This document shows, piece after piece, positions 51,421-59,746 of a stretch of 64,000 nucleotides of DNA; position 1 is the first letter of the stretch, and the number at the start of each line of letters is the position of its first letter. Position numbers and translations under genes: made by a program. The notes beneath the pieces were generated by a model. That model made no database searches and was not told where the DNA came from. It worked only from the letters and a program-made list of their open reading frames with translations. Source of the stretch: an uncultured Clostridia bacterium (GTDB taxonomy: Bacteria; Bacillota; Clostridia; TANB77; CAG-508); assembly GCA_963931155.1 (NCBI GenBank), contig OZ006978.1, forward strand, positions 1,498,289 through 1,562,288, read 5' to 3'.

Positions 51421-51828
51421 TTAATTACAATTCATATTATTCATATAAAATTTCTTTTCTGCAAGTTTGTCTTGTACACCACGAAGAGCTTCACCAAATC
51501 TTTGGAAGTGAACTATTTCTCTTTGACGTAAGAATTTAAGTGGATCTAATACATCTGGATCATCTCTACATAAATCAATTAACTTTTCGTAGGTAGCTCG
51601 TGCTTTTTGTTCGGCAGAAAGATCCTCTTGAAGATTTGCAATAGGGTCTCCCTTACAAGCTATATATGCTGCAGTCCAAGGGGTTCCTGCTGCACTTTGA
51701 GGATATACATCTACACCATGATCTGTATAATATGCTCCTAGTCCAGCTTTTTCTATTTCTTCTATAGATGCTCCATCTGTTAATTGATGAACTATAGTTC
51801 CAACCATTTCTAAATGGGCAAGTTCTTC
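51421..51828 (-). pseudogene. cotJC: cotJC (Mn-catalase-family spore coat protein), C-terminal segment
   Basis: (G)TEELAHLEMVGTIVHQL...GDPIANLQEDLSAEQKARATYEKL...LKFLRQREIVHFQRFGEAL is collinear with residues ~62-189 of CotJC. There is no start codon at the conserved N-terminus. Confidence 0.9.
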
Positions 51829-51928
51829 TGTACCATAATGTTGTCAATTTAAAAATTTATAGTTATTGGCTGTAAAAATAAATAGAGTTCACGAAGTGAA
51901 TTAAAGTACACTTAGTGAACTTTTATAC

Positions 51929-52948
51929 TTATTTATTATTATTTTCTTTTAAATATCTTTGATACATTTCGTCCATACTAGAAATATATTGCATATCTTG
52001 TTTTACTCTGAATTTTTCATACTCTTTCTCTGCTTTTTCAATAGCTTGCTTATGTGAAATTTTCCCTGAATCCTTTAATATTTCTTTCTTTCTAAATTTT
52101 AAAAGATTATCTGTTTCATTTATCCAGTCTTTCATTGTCATAACTTGATTTTCTTCTGCCATTGATTCTGCATAATCTAAAAAGAAATTTGTTAAATTAT
52201 TTAGCTTTTTTAATTCATCTTCATTTAAATAGTTTTTCGCTATACTAACATCATATTTATATATCATTCCATCTGGAGCTTCTTTCCAAGTAGTTAGTCC
52301 CATATTTTCTTTTTCTGCATTTACTCTATTATAAATTAGTTCTGCCGCAGTATGACCCGTTATTGCATAATGTAATTTATTTTGAACTATTTTGAAAAAT
52401 GTATATGCTTCTTCTGATTTTTTATCATAGTCAATAGATGTTGCTATAAATAAGTCTGTTATTTTTTGATAAGCCATTCTTTCACTTGTACGAATTACTT
52501 TAATTCTTTCTAATAACTCGTCAAAATATTGCCTATTTACTTTGCCACCTTTTAAGAATCTATCATCATCTAAAGCAAAACCTTTTACCATATATTCTTT
52601 TATTATTTTGTTTGCCCATTGCCTAAATTTTACTGCTTTTTTTGAGTTTACTCTATATCCAATTGATATAATCATATCTAAATTATAGTATTTCGTTTTA
52701 TATTTATGTCCATTTTTTCCAATAGTCTCCAAAATGGAGAATGTTGAATCTTCTTCTAATTCCTTTTGTTCATAGATATTTGCTATATGTTTATAAATTG
52801 CTTTATCATTAACATCAAATAATTCTGCAATAGCTTGTGCATTTAGCCAAACATCTTCATTTTGTAAAATTACTTCTATATTAGTATTTCCTTCTTCATT
52901 CGTATAAAATACAATATTATTTTTATTTCCAATTAGTTTGTTGCTCAT
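51929..52948 (-). CDS. RhuM-family protein
   Basis: The sequence ...VWLNAQAIAELFDVNDKAIYKHI...YYNLDMIISIGYRVNSKKAVKFRQWANKIIKEY is characteristic of the RhuM family. Confidence 0.8.
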   Translation of the reverse strand: MSNKLIGNKNNIVFYTNEEGNTNIEVILQNEDVWLNAQAIAELFDVNDKAIYKHIANIYEQKELEEDSTFSILETIGKNGHKYKTKYYNLDMIISIGYRVNSKKAVKFRQWANKIIKEYMVKGFALDDDRFLKGGKVNRQYFDELLERIKVIRTSERMAYQKITDLFIATSIDYDKKSEEAYTFFKIVQNKLHYAITGHTAAELIYNRVNAEKENMGLTTWKEAPDGMIYKYDVSIAKNYLNEDELKKLNNLTNFFLDYAESMAEENQVMTMKDWINETDNLLKFRKKEILKDSGKISHKQAIEKAEKEYEKFRVKQDMQYISSMDEMYQRYLKENNNK

Positions 52949-53372
52949 AATAAACCAACTCCGTTTCTTGTTTGTTATATATTATCAAACAATTGTTCTT
53001 TTGTCAATTGATTTATTATATTTTTATCAATAGTTTTTATCAATACACTAAGTGAACTTTTACATTAAAAATAGTAAATTATAAATTCATTTAGTGAACT
53101 TACATACTCTAACAAGCATTTTTTAGTAGTTCATTTGGTGAATTTTTACATCAAATTTACTTAAAATTTTTGTTCTTTTAATAACTCTAGGAGGCTTGTC
53201 CTTCTATGTATATAGGTAATGTGTTAAGCATTACTATCCTGCCTTTAGTTTCACTTGTCCTTCTTGATATTTATAAACCAATATTCGACTTTTATTGACT
53301 TTTTATCTTAAAAATAATATAATTAGCAAAGCAACGAATAAATTGCTAATTAATAATTAAGGAGAGTTTAAT

Positions 53373-54461
53373 ATGTTGTCTTATCAACTTTTAGAATATT
53401 ATAAATTAGTTTTACAAGAATTAAATAAATTTAAAGAAAGTATGAATTTTTTATTAGAATGGGAAAATGATTATAGTAAAACTATTGTAACTATTTTACC
53501 AAAAATTCTTTCTTCTCGTACTTCAACTTCTGGAAATGATGTACATTATATCATAAGGGATGGAAAAATAATCTCAGATTTTGATGCCATAATGAAAAAT
53601 TTTAAAAATAATTTTAAGTTTGTTGATACTTTAACCATTTATGGAAGTATAAAACAAAATATAGGACAATACAAAGAAATAAATAATATAGAAAAAGATT
53701 ATATAGATATTTTCTTTAATGAAACAGATTCATTATTTGCTGTTTATCAAGATTTTATACAAAATGATAATTTAAAAGAAAAAGCAGTAGCATTTGGACA
53801 AGAAGTTTGTAAATACAAAAATACATTTAATACATGTCAACATACTTATCAAAATCTTATAAACCTTTTAACAATTAATAAAAATATGATTAATGAAAAT
53901 TCAAATTATAAGGAAATTACAATTCAGCTCTTAAATGTTGAATATAATCTACAGGAATTCTCAGAAAAATTAAATAATATAAATGAGGTTTATACAGAAA
54001 TAGGAAATCTACTTCTAAAAGACGGTAATAGCATTGAATTTGAAAAATTAAGAATAGTTAAAATTGAGTCAGGTTCACTATTATCTGATATAATTGGTAA
54101 CACAGCTATTATTGGAGTTTTAGCACTACTTTTGACCAAAACAATTCAATGGGCTTTTAATAAATTTACTACTGAAGGAAAGATTGGCAGACATACAGAA
54201 CTTTCTAAATGCTTAAAGGAAGAAATTAATTTAGGAGAAGAAATGAAAAAATATGGATATGATATAAGTGACTCAAAACAAACTATAGAAAAAACATATA
54301 ATGCTATAAGTAAAAATCTTTTAGATTTAGCTAGAAGTAGTGCGAAAATCAAAGTTGATGATGAGGTATATTCTATTAAAGATAATCTATCTATTAGCTA
54401 TTTACAAGAATCTACAAAATTATATTTGCAAGAAAGTAATGATAAAAAAGATATGGAATAA
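53373..54461 (+). CDS. Hypothetical protein (362 aa) with a central TM helix; element cargo
   Basis: RBS AAGGAGAG. Helical N-terminal half, TM segment IIGNTAIIGVLALLLTKTI. No family recognised. Confidence 0.6.
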   Translation: MLSYQLLEYYKLVLQELNKFKESMNFLLEWENDYSKTIVTILPKILSSRTSTSGNDVHYIIRDGKIISDFDAIMKNFKNNFKFVDTLTIYGSIKQNIGQYKEINNIEKDYIDIFFNETDSLFAVYQDFIQNDNLKEKAVAFGQEVCKYKNTFNTCQHTYQNLINLLTINKNMINENSNYKEITIQLLNVEYNLQEFSEKLNNINEVYTEIGNLLLKDGNSIEFEKLRIVKIESGSLLSDIIGNTAIIGVLALLLTKTIQWAFNKFTTEGKIGRHTELSKCLKEEINLGEEMKKYGYDISDSKQTIEKTYNAISKNLLDLARSSAKIKVDDEVYSIKDNLSISYLQESTKLYLQESNDKKDME

Positions 54462-54538
54462 AAACTAAGCTCTCTGCTAAGAGAGCTTTTTAATTAGATT
54501 ATATTAAAACCACTTCCGTTTTAAAAGAAATTCGTTTT

Positions 54539-55090
54539 CTAAAGATAACTTACTATATCTTCGAATGCATCATATCCACTTTCACTATTAATATGTCCAC
54601 CATTTGGTATTATAATTTGTTCTGTAGCAATTGTATCTGCAAACTCTTTTTCAACTTCATATTTTACATATGGGTCATTATCTGAATAAAAACAAATTAT
54701 TTCATCAACATACTGTTTTACATCTTTCAAATTATCAAAGTACATTGATTCATTGACATTATCATATTCTTCATTTATTCCTAAATAATTATTAAATCCA
54801 CATACAGATATTAATTTTTTAATCTTTATTTTGTTTTCAGTTAAAAATTTTGAAACGAAAACTGGTGCTATACTGTGAGCAATAATAGTTGTGTTCTCAT
54901 TTATTAGTCCTAAATCTAAATAATATTTTAGTAATTTACTCCAATTTTCATAATTTTGATATCCTACTCCTATTGAAAATTGAGGTACATAGCATTGTTT
55001 ACCATCATCTTCAATAAAATCATGTAACCAACCAAACCAATTTTCAAATGGACTTCCAAATGAACCATGTATTATAAAATAATTTTCCAT
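54539..55090 (-). CDS. Alpha/beta hydrolase, YdeN/RBBP9-like serine hydrolase
   Basis: FIIHGSFGSPFENWFGWL..., nucleophile elbow AHSIA, ...GGHIN. 183 aa. Confidence 0.65.
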   Translation of the reverse strand: MENYFIIHGSFGSPFENWFGWLHDFIEDDGKQCYVPQFSIGVGYQNYENWSKLLKYYLDLGLINENTTIIAHSIAPVFVSKFLTENKIKIKKLISVCGFNNYLGINEEYDNVNESMYFDNLKDVKQYVDEIICFYSDNDPYVKYEVEKEFADTIATEQIIIPNGGHINSESGYDAFEDIVSYL

Positions 55091-55306
55091 AAACTTCCAC
55101 TCCTTATAACTTTTTTAGAAATATTTATATCTCTTTTTTACACCTAAAATATATCATAAAATCCAGTAATTTACAACTTAGAACAGATATTAGTATCCAA
55201 TATTTCTCTAATTCCTATTAACAATAATATGAAAGTAAATTTAATTTGATATTATTTTTATAATAGGTTAGATTTTCTAAATAGAATCATGGGAAATAAA
55301 AAGGAA

Positions 55307-55335
55307 TTGATTTTATAAATCACACATCATATAAT
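55307..55335 (+). promoter_or_regulatory. Near-consensus sigma-A-type promoter inside the element
   Basis: TTGATT, a 17-nt spacer, then TATAAT. Confidence 0.5.
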
Positions 55336-55359
55336 GTTACTATAGAAAATATGAATTTA

Positions 55360-55390
55360 CTCAAGACAGCTTGTCTTGGGTATTTTTTTA
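55360..55390 (+). terminator. Intrinsic terminator ~20 nt downstream of that promoter
   Basis: CTCAAGACA-gct-TGTCTTGGG followed by TATTTTTTTAT. Confidence 0.65.
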
Positions 55391-55424
55391 TGTTTTTCTC
55401 ATAAATTTTAGAGAGGCGATTTAT

Positions 55425-55562
55425 ATGATGTTAGAAGAATATACTATTGAAAATACTAAAGTAAAATTTTATGATGATTACATTGTAGAAAGTGTAACTA
55501 CTCAAAAAGAATATATAGACAATATTATAATTAATTTGATAAATAAATCCTCTTTATTGTAA
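55425..55562 (+). CDS. Small hypothetical protein (45 aa)
   Basis: ATG preceded by GAGAGG at 8-nt spacing. The tracked TTG 55371 start lies inside the terminator. Confidence 0.35.
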   Translation: MMLEEYTIENTKVKFYDDYIVESVTTQKEYIDNIIINLINKSSLL

Positions 55563-55625
55563 TTTGTACTGTTTTCATATATACTATCTGCAAGTTAAAG
55601 ACAAATTACAAGGAAAGGAGGAACT

Positions 55626-57188
55626 GTGCTAAGTCAGGGCACATATGCAATATATTTAAGAAAATCAAGAGAAGATATTGAAGCGGAAAAATATGGTGAG
55701 GGTGAAACTTTAGCAAGACATGAAAAAATTCTAACTACTTTAGCTAAAAAAAGAAAACTACATATTTCAAAAATTTATAGAGAAGTTGTAAGTGGCGAAA
55801 CAATTAGTGAAAGAAAAGAAATGCAAAAACTACTTAGAGATGTTGAAAATGAAAAATGGACAGGTGTTTTAGTTGTTGAGGTAGAAAGACTTGCTCGTGG
55901 AGACACCGCCGACCAAGGTAGAGTTTCAAAAGCATTTAAATATTCTCATACAAAGATAATTACTCCTGTTAAAACATATGACCCAGATAATGAATTTGAT
56001 GAAGAATATTTCGAGTTTGGCTTGTTTATGTCTAGGAGAGAATACAAGACTATAAATAGACGTTTACAAAGAGGCCGTGAACTTTCCGTATCAGAAGGTA
56101 AATTTGTTGGAAATATTGCTCCTTTTGGTTATGATAGAATAAAACTAAAAAATTCAAAAGGCTATACCTTATCTATAAATCAAGATGAAGCACCTATTGT
56201 TAAAGAAATCTTTAGATTATATGCTTTTGAAAATACCTCTATAAATTCAGTTGCAAAACAATTAAATAAACTAAATTTAAAACCTAGAATTGCAAATGAG
56301 TGGTCTATTTCTTCTGTTAAAGATATTCTCTCTAACCCTACCTATATTGGTAAAATTGTATGGAATAGAAGAAAGCAAAAAAAGAAAACAAAAAATGGAC
56401 ATCTTATTATTAGTAGACCTCGCAATCAAGATTATTTAATTTATGACGGATTGCATGAGCCTATTATTGATAATAAGACTTGGGAATTCGTACAAGAAAA
56501 AAGAAAGCAAAATACTCCAAAAGTAAAACATAATAACGCTATTCAAAATCCATTAGTTGGTTTAGTATTTTGTGAAAAATGTGGTAAACCTATGCAAAGG
56601 CGACCATATACCAAAGATGACAAGCCTGCTACTCTTATGTGTTCTAATTCTAAATGTGATAATATAAGCTCTAAACTTTATATTGTAGAAGATAAAATCA
56701 TCGAGGCTTTAAAAATATGGCTTGAAAATTATAAAGTAGATTATTCAAGAAAAAATAATCTAAACTCTGATAATAACAAAATAATAGAAAAGTCTGTTAG
56801 CACGACTAAAAAAGAATTAGAAAAAGAAAATGCTAAACTTAATAAAATATATGAATTTTTAGAAAATGGAATATATAACAATGACGAATTTATAAAACGT
56901 TCTAAAGCAATAAAAGACAATATTCAATGTTTAGAAAGTAAGTTAAAAGAATACAATTCTATATTACAAAAAAATCTAGAAATACAAAATCAAAAAGAAA
57001 TTATAATACCAAAGCTAGAAAATATTATAGATTTATATTATAATTTAGAAACAGCTGAAGATAAAAATATTTTATTAAAAAGTATAATTAGCAAAGTTAC
57101 TTATTTAAAAACAGAAAAGGCTATAAAAAAGGATTCTGACCCAACCAACTTTGAGTTACATATTTTCCCTAAAATAGCTAAACTATAA
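55626..57188 (+). CDS. Large serine recombinase (resolvase catalytic domain, recombinase domain, zinc ribbon, coiled coil)
   Basis: YAIYLRKSREDIE (catalytic Ser context), VVEVERLARG, CEKCGKPM...CSNSKCDN Zn ribbon, 520 aa. RBS AAGGAGG. Confidence 0.9.
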   Translation: MLSQGTYAIYLRKSREDIEAEKYGEGETLARHEKILTTLAKKRKLHISKIYREVVSGETISERKEMQKLLRDVENEKWTGVLVVEVERLARGDTADQGRVSKAFKYSHTKIITPVKTYDPDNEFDEEYFEFGLFMSRREYKTINRRLQRGRELSVSEGKFVGNIAPFGYDRIKLKNSKGYTLSINQDEAPIVKEIFRLYAFENTSINSVAKQLNKLNLKPRIANEWSISSVKDILSNPTYIGKIVWNRRKQKKKTKNGHLIISRPRNQDYLIYDGLHEPIIDNKTWEFVQEKRKQNTPKVKHNNAIQNPLVGLVFCEKCGKPMQRRPYTKDDKPATLMCSNSKCDNISSKLYIVEDKIIEALKIWLENYKVDYSRKNNLNSDNNKIIEKSVSTTKKELEKENAKLNKIYEFLENGIYNNDEFIKRSKAIKDNIQCLESKLKEYNSILQKNLEIQNQKEIIIPKLENIIDLYYNLETAEDKNILLKSIISKVTYLKTEKAIKKDSDPTNFELHIFPKIAKL

Positions 57189-57428
57189 ATGGAGGTGAAT
57201 TTAGAAATGCTTAAAAGTGAAGAAATTATAATATTAAAAATATTAAATAATATTAGAGATAATAATTTCGTTACTATAGAAGAATTAAAAGATTCCTATA
57301 AAAATGAATATGATAAAATTATAGTAGCACTATTTAAATCTGATTATATTACAGATAAAACAGTACATTTAACAGATACAGGCATATCATATTTAGAACA
57401 ATTAGAAAAGAAAAACAAACAAAATTAA
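57189..57428 (+). CDS. Small (79 aa) protein translationally coupled to the recombinase (wHTH-like)
   Basis: Its ATG immediately follows the recombinase TAA. The EEIIILKILNN...FVTIEELK pattern suggests a winged helix. Confidence 0.5.
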   Translation: MEVNLEMLKSEEIIILKILNNIRDNNFVTIEELKDSYKNEYDKIIVALFKSDYITDKTVHLTDTGISYLEQLEKKNKQN

Positions 57429-57503
57429 ATTGTACATTTACAGTCAATAGCTAAGATTGTAATCCCTGTCTTTAGCTATTGACAACATCGTGGTACACAT
57501 TCT

Positions 57504-57695
57504 TCAGTTCCGTATGTCATTTAATATGGCTTTTGATTTTTGATCAGGCATTCCGAATTTTTGAGATAAATATCTAAGTGAAGCAGCAAGTTCTCCATCT
57601 GGACCACCATATTGAGATATTATAAACTTAGCAAGTTTTGGATTAGGACATTTTATATTTATAGGGTATTGTAATACTTTATTATAAGTCCACAT
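57504..57695 (-). pseudogene. cotJC: cotJC, N-terminal segment (61 conserved codons, then a premature stop)
   Basis: MWTYNKVLQYPINIKCPNPKLAKFIISQYGGPDGELAASLRYLSQKFGMPD...LNDI matches the CotJC/Mn-catalase N-terminus. It directly follows cotJB. Confidence 0.9.
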
Positions 57696-58111
57696 TAAAA
57701 ATCACTCCTTTCCCATGGCCATGGTTCTTCTAACCATCTCCACTTATTGCATGGATAATAAATATCAAGTGGCCCAAATATTTTTTGATATTTATCTTTT
57801 AATACTTTAAGCTCATTTGTATATTCTCTATGCAAACAAAGAGCTTTCCTATCTGTTGGATGGGTATCTAAATATTCGGCAATATCTACAACAGCAAAAT
57901 TTAAGCACTTTATTTGTTTCATCATATCTTGTCTTACTTTATTTCTATGTTGCATACATTCTGAATCGTCGTCACATTCACAGCAATTCATGTCGTCCAT
58001 TAACTGTGATGCTGTATTATATCCAAATGCAGCATTTATTCCTTGAGGCATATAGCTACAATCATTTTCGTCATTATAGCACATACAGTTTTTTTCATCA
58101 TTATTATCCAT
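57695..58111 (-). CDS. cotJB: Spore coat protein CotJB
   Basis: FAVVDIAEYLDTHPTD...KYQKIFGPL...WLEEPWPWE signature. Confidence 0.9.
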   Translation of the reverse strand: MDNNDEKNCMCYNDENDCSYMPQGINAAFGYNTASQLMDDMNCCECDDDSECMQHRNKVRQDMMKQIKCLNFAVVDIAEYLDTHPTDRKALCLHREYTNELKVLKDKYQKIFGPLDIYYPCNKWRWLEEPWPWERSDF

Positions 58112-58473
58112 TATTCATTACACCCCTCTCCAATTTCATTTCTTTTTTTCAAATAATTAATAAATTGCATACTTTGACATGGTTCATATGGGCTAACTAA
58201 TTCTGGAAAAATTGTTCCATTTTTTAATCCACAGCATGGGGTAAATGTCTTATCTAGTTTTTGGATAGGAACATAACTTTGTGCAAGCATTGGATTGTTT
58301 GGAAATACGTTATATTCTTCATCGAAACCACACTTGCAATTTTCTTTTTTAATAGAACAATTATTACCACACTTGCAATTTATATCTGCATCATTAGTAT
58401 AATCATCGCATACATCTTCTAGAGATTTATTATTAGAATTCATGCAACAAACTCCTCTGAATCTATTATACAT
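58111..58473 (-). CDS. cotJA: Spore coat-associated protein CotJA
   Basis: LAQSYVPIQKLDKTFTP...GLKNGTIFPELVSPY signature. RBS GGAGG 7 nt upstream. Confidence 0.85.
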   Translation of the reverse strand: MYNRFRGVCCMNSNNKSLEDVCDDYTNDADINCKCGNNCSIKKENCKCGFDEEYNVFPNNPMLAQSYVPIQKLDKTFTPCCGLKNGTIFPELVSPYEPCQSMQFINYLKKRNEIGEGCNE

Positions 58474-58829
58474 ATTTTATCCTCCTATTCATAAAGTATA
58501 CTATATTATATGTATACTTTATGTAAATGGTGAAAAATCATGTTTTTAGTAAAACGAGAGAAATAAAGAATATAAATATGAATATTTATAAATTATCAAT
58601 CTAGATATAGAGATTTAACAGTAAAATTAAACTACAAAAATTAGTATTTGAGTAAATATAAGTTTAAATAATATGGAAAAAATATAAATAAACAAAAGCT
58701 TGAGTTAAGCAAAGTTGATGTTTACATAAGATTGTAGTATAATAAAAAATATACCATTCCTTGCTTGATAGCAAGTGTAGATAGTTTGACAACATAATTG
58801 TTTCGAACAACTAAGTGAAAGGACTAACA

Positions 58830-59561
58830 ATGGAGAAGTTCTATTCAGCCAAGACCCTGAAAGATAAGCCGAGGTTCGACAAGCCTGCTATGAGCGTAAT
58901 CATAACTCCAATTGCACTGATTTTGTACTTGTCTGTTATTGTGTTCCTCTTTTTGGATAGCTCGATTGCTACTGACCTGCTGTCTACTGACTGGCAAACG
59001 GAGGAACTCAGATATGTGGCAAGCGATATAGCATTTTGGACCACATTTGTTACAGGCTTTATATTGTGGTTTTTCGTACAAATTTCAAAAGGCATACAAC
59101 CTGACCAGGAGAAGCAAAAGGTAGAGATAAAACAAAAAATTAAAATCATCGCAATGGAGCTACTTAGGTTTGTTCCGTTCATGTTCTTGTTTTGGATTAT
59201 TAGCATGCTTTCTCAGATGCTATTTGATTTCGTACCTAGCAATCAAGAGGGAATTGGGGAGATAATAACAAATTACAGAGAAGAGGTAATCGTATTCTTG
59301 ATGCTGGTGGCTCCGATGTATGAGGAGTTCATGTTCAGATACGCACCATCACGTTTTATAAGGGATAAACGGATTTTCATAGTTGTTACTTCAACAGTGT
59401 TTGCAATGGCACATGTTGTTGCTGATCCGAATTTCCCGATTAGTTTGATAACATATCTCCCCAGAGCAATATACGTTTCGCATAGGTACGCAGTAACCGA
59501 GAACATTTGGGTGGCTATTACCATGCACATGCTTAACAACGTGGTTGCTTTGTTGATTTAG
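58830..59561 (+). CDS. CPBP-family intramembrane metalloprotease (CAAX/Abi)
   Basis: EEFMFRY, FAMAH and HMLNN motifs in a polytopic membrane protein. ATG 58830 lies behind AAAGGA. Confidence 0.8.
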   Translation: MEKFYSAKTLKDKPRFDKPAMSVIITPIALILYLSVIVFLFLDSSIATDLLSTDWQTEELRYVASDIAFWTTFVTGFILWFFVQISKGIQPDQEKQKVEIKQKIKIIAMELLRFVPFMFLFWIISMLSQMLFDFVPSNQEGIGEIITNYREEVIVFLMLVAPMYEEFMFRYAPSRFIRDKRIFIVVTSTVFAMAHVVADPNFPISLITYLPRAIYVSHRYAVTENIWVAITMHMLNNVVALLI

Positions 59562-59569
59562 TTCTAAAT

Positions 59570-59592
59570 GGCGGCTCTCAATGAGAGCCGCC
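59570..59592 (+). terminator. GC-rich stem-loop after the CPBP gene
   Basis: GGCGGCTCTC-aat-GAGAGCCGCC. There is no U tract, so terminator function is uncertain. Confidence 0.45.
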
Positions 59593-59746
59593 TAAAAATA
59601 TGTTAAAAATAAATGAAAGTTGCAGAAATAAGTAGAAAAATAAGAATTAAAATAATAAAAAAAGAAAAAATTTCCAAAAAAGTATTGCAAAAATATAAAA
59701 AGAAGTATATTATCAATATGTAAAAAATAAATTATAAGGAGGAAAA

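Larger units (their letters stand above)
51829..57499. mobile_element. 5.7-kb intervening (skin-like) element inserted in cotJC, carrying a large serine recombinase
   Basis: Inverted repeats TGTACCATAATGTTGTCAAT (51829-51848) and ATTGACAACATCGTGGTACA (57478-57497). A direct repeat TTCTTC lies at 51823-51828 and 57500-57505. Both halves of cotJC flank the element on the same strand. Confidence 0.85.

Noticed and set aside
51653-51847. 64-aa minus-strand ORF reaching the element boundary
   Set aside because: It is out of frame with, and embedded in, the cotJC C-terminal segment. It has no homology signal.
57817-58200. 127-aa plus-strand ORF overlapping cotJB/cotJA
   Set aside because: It is antisense to two genes with strong family signatures, and its product is low-complexity and Tyr/Leu-rich.
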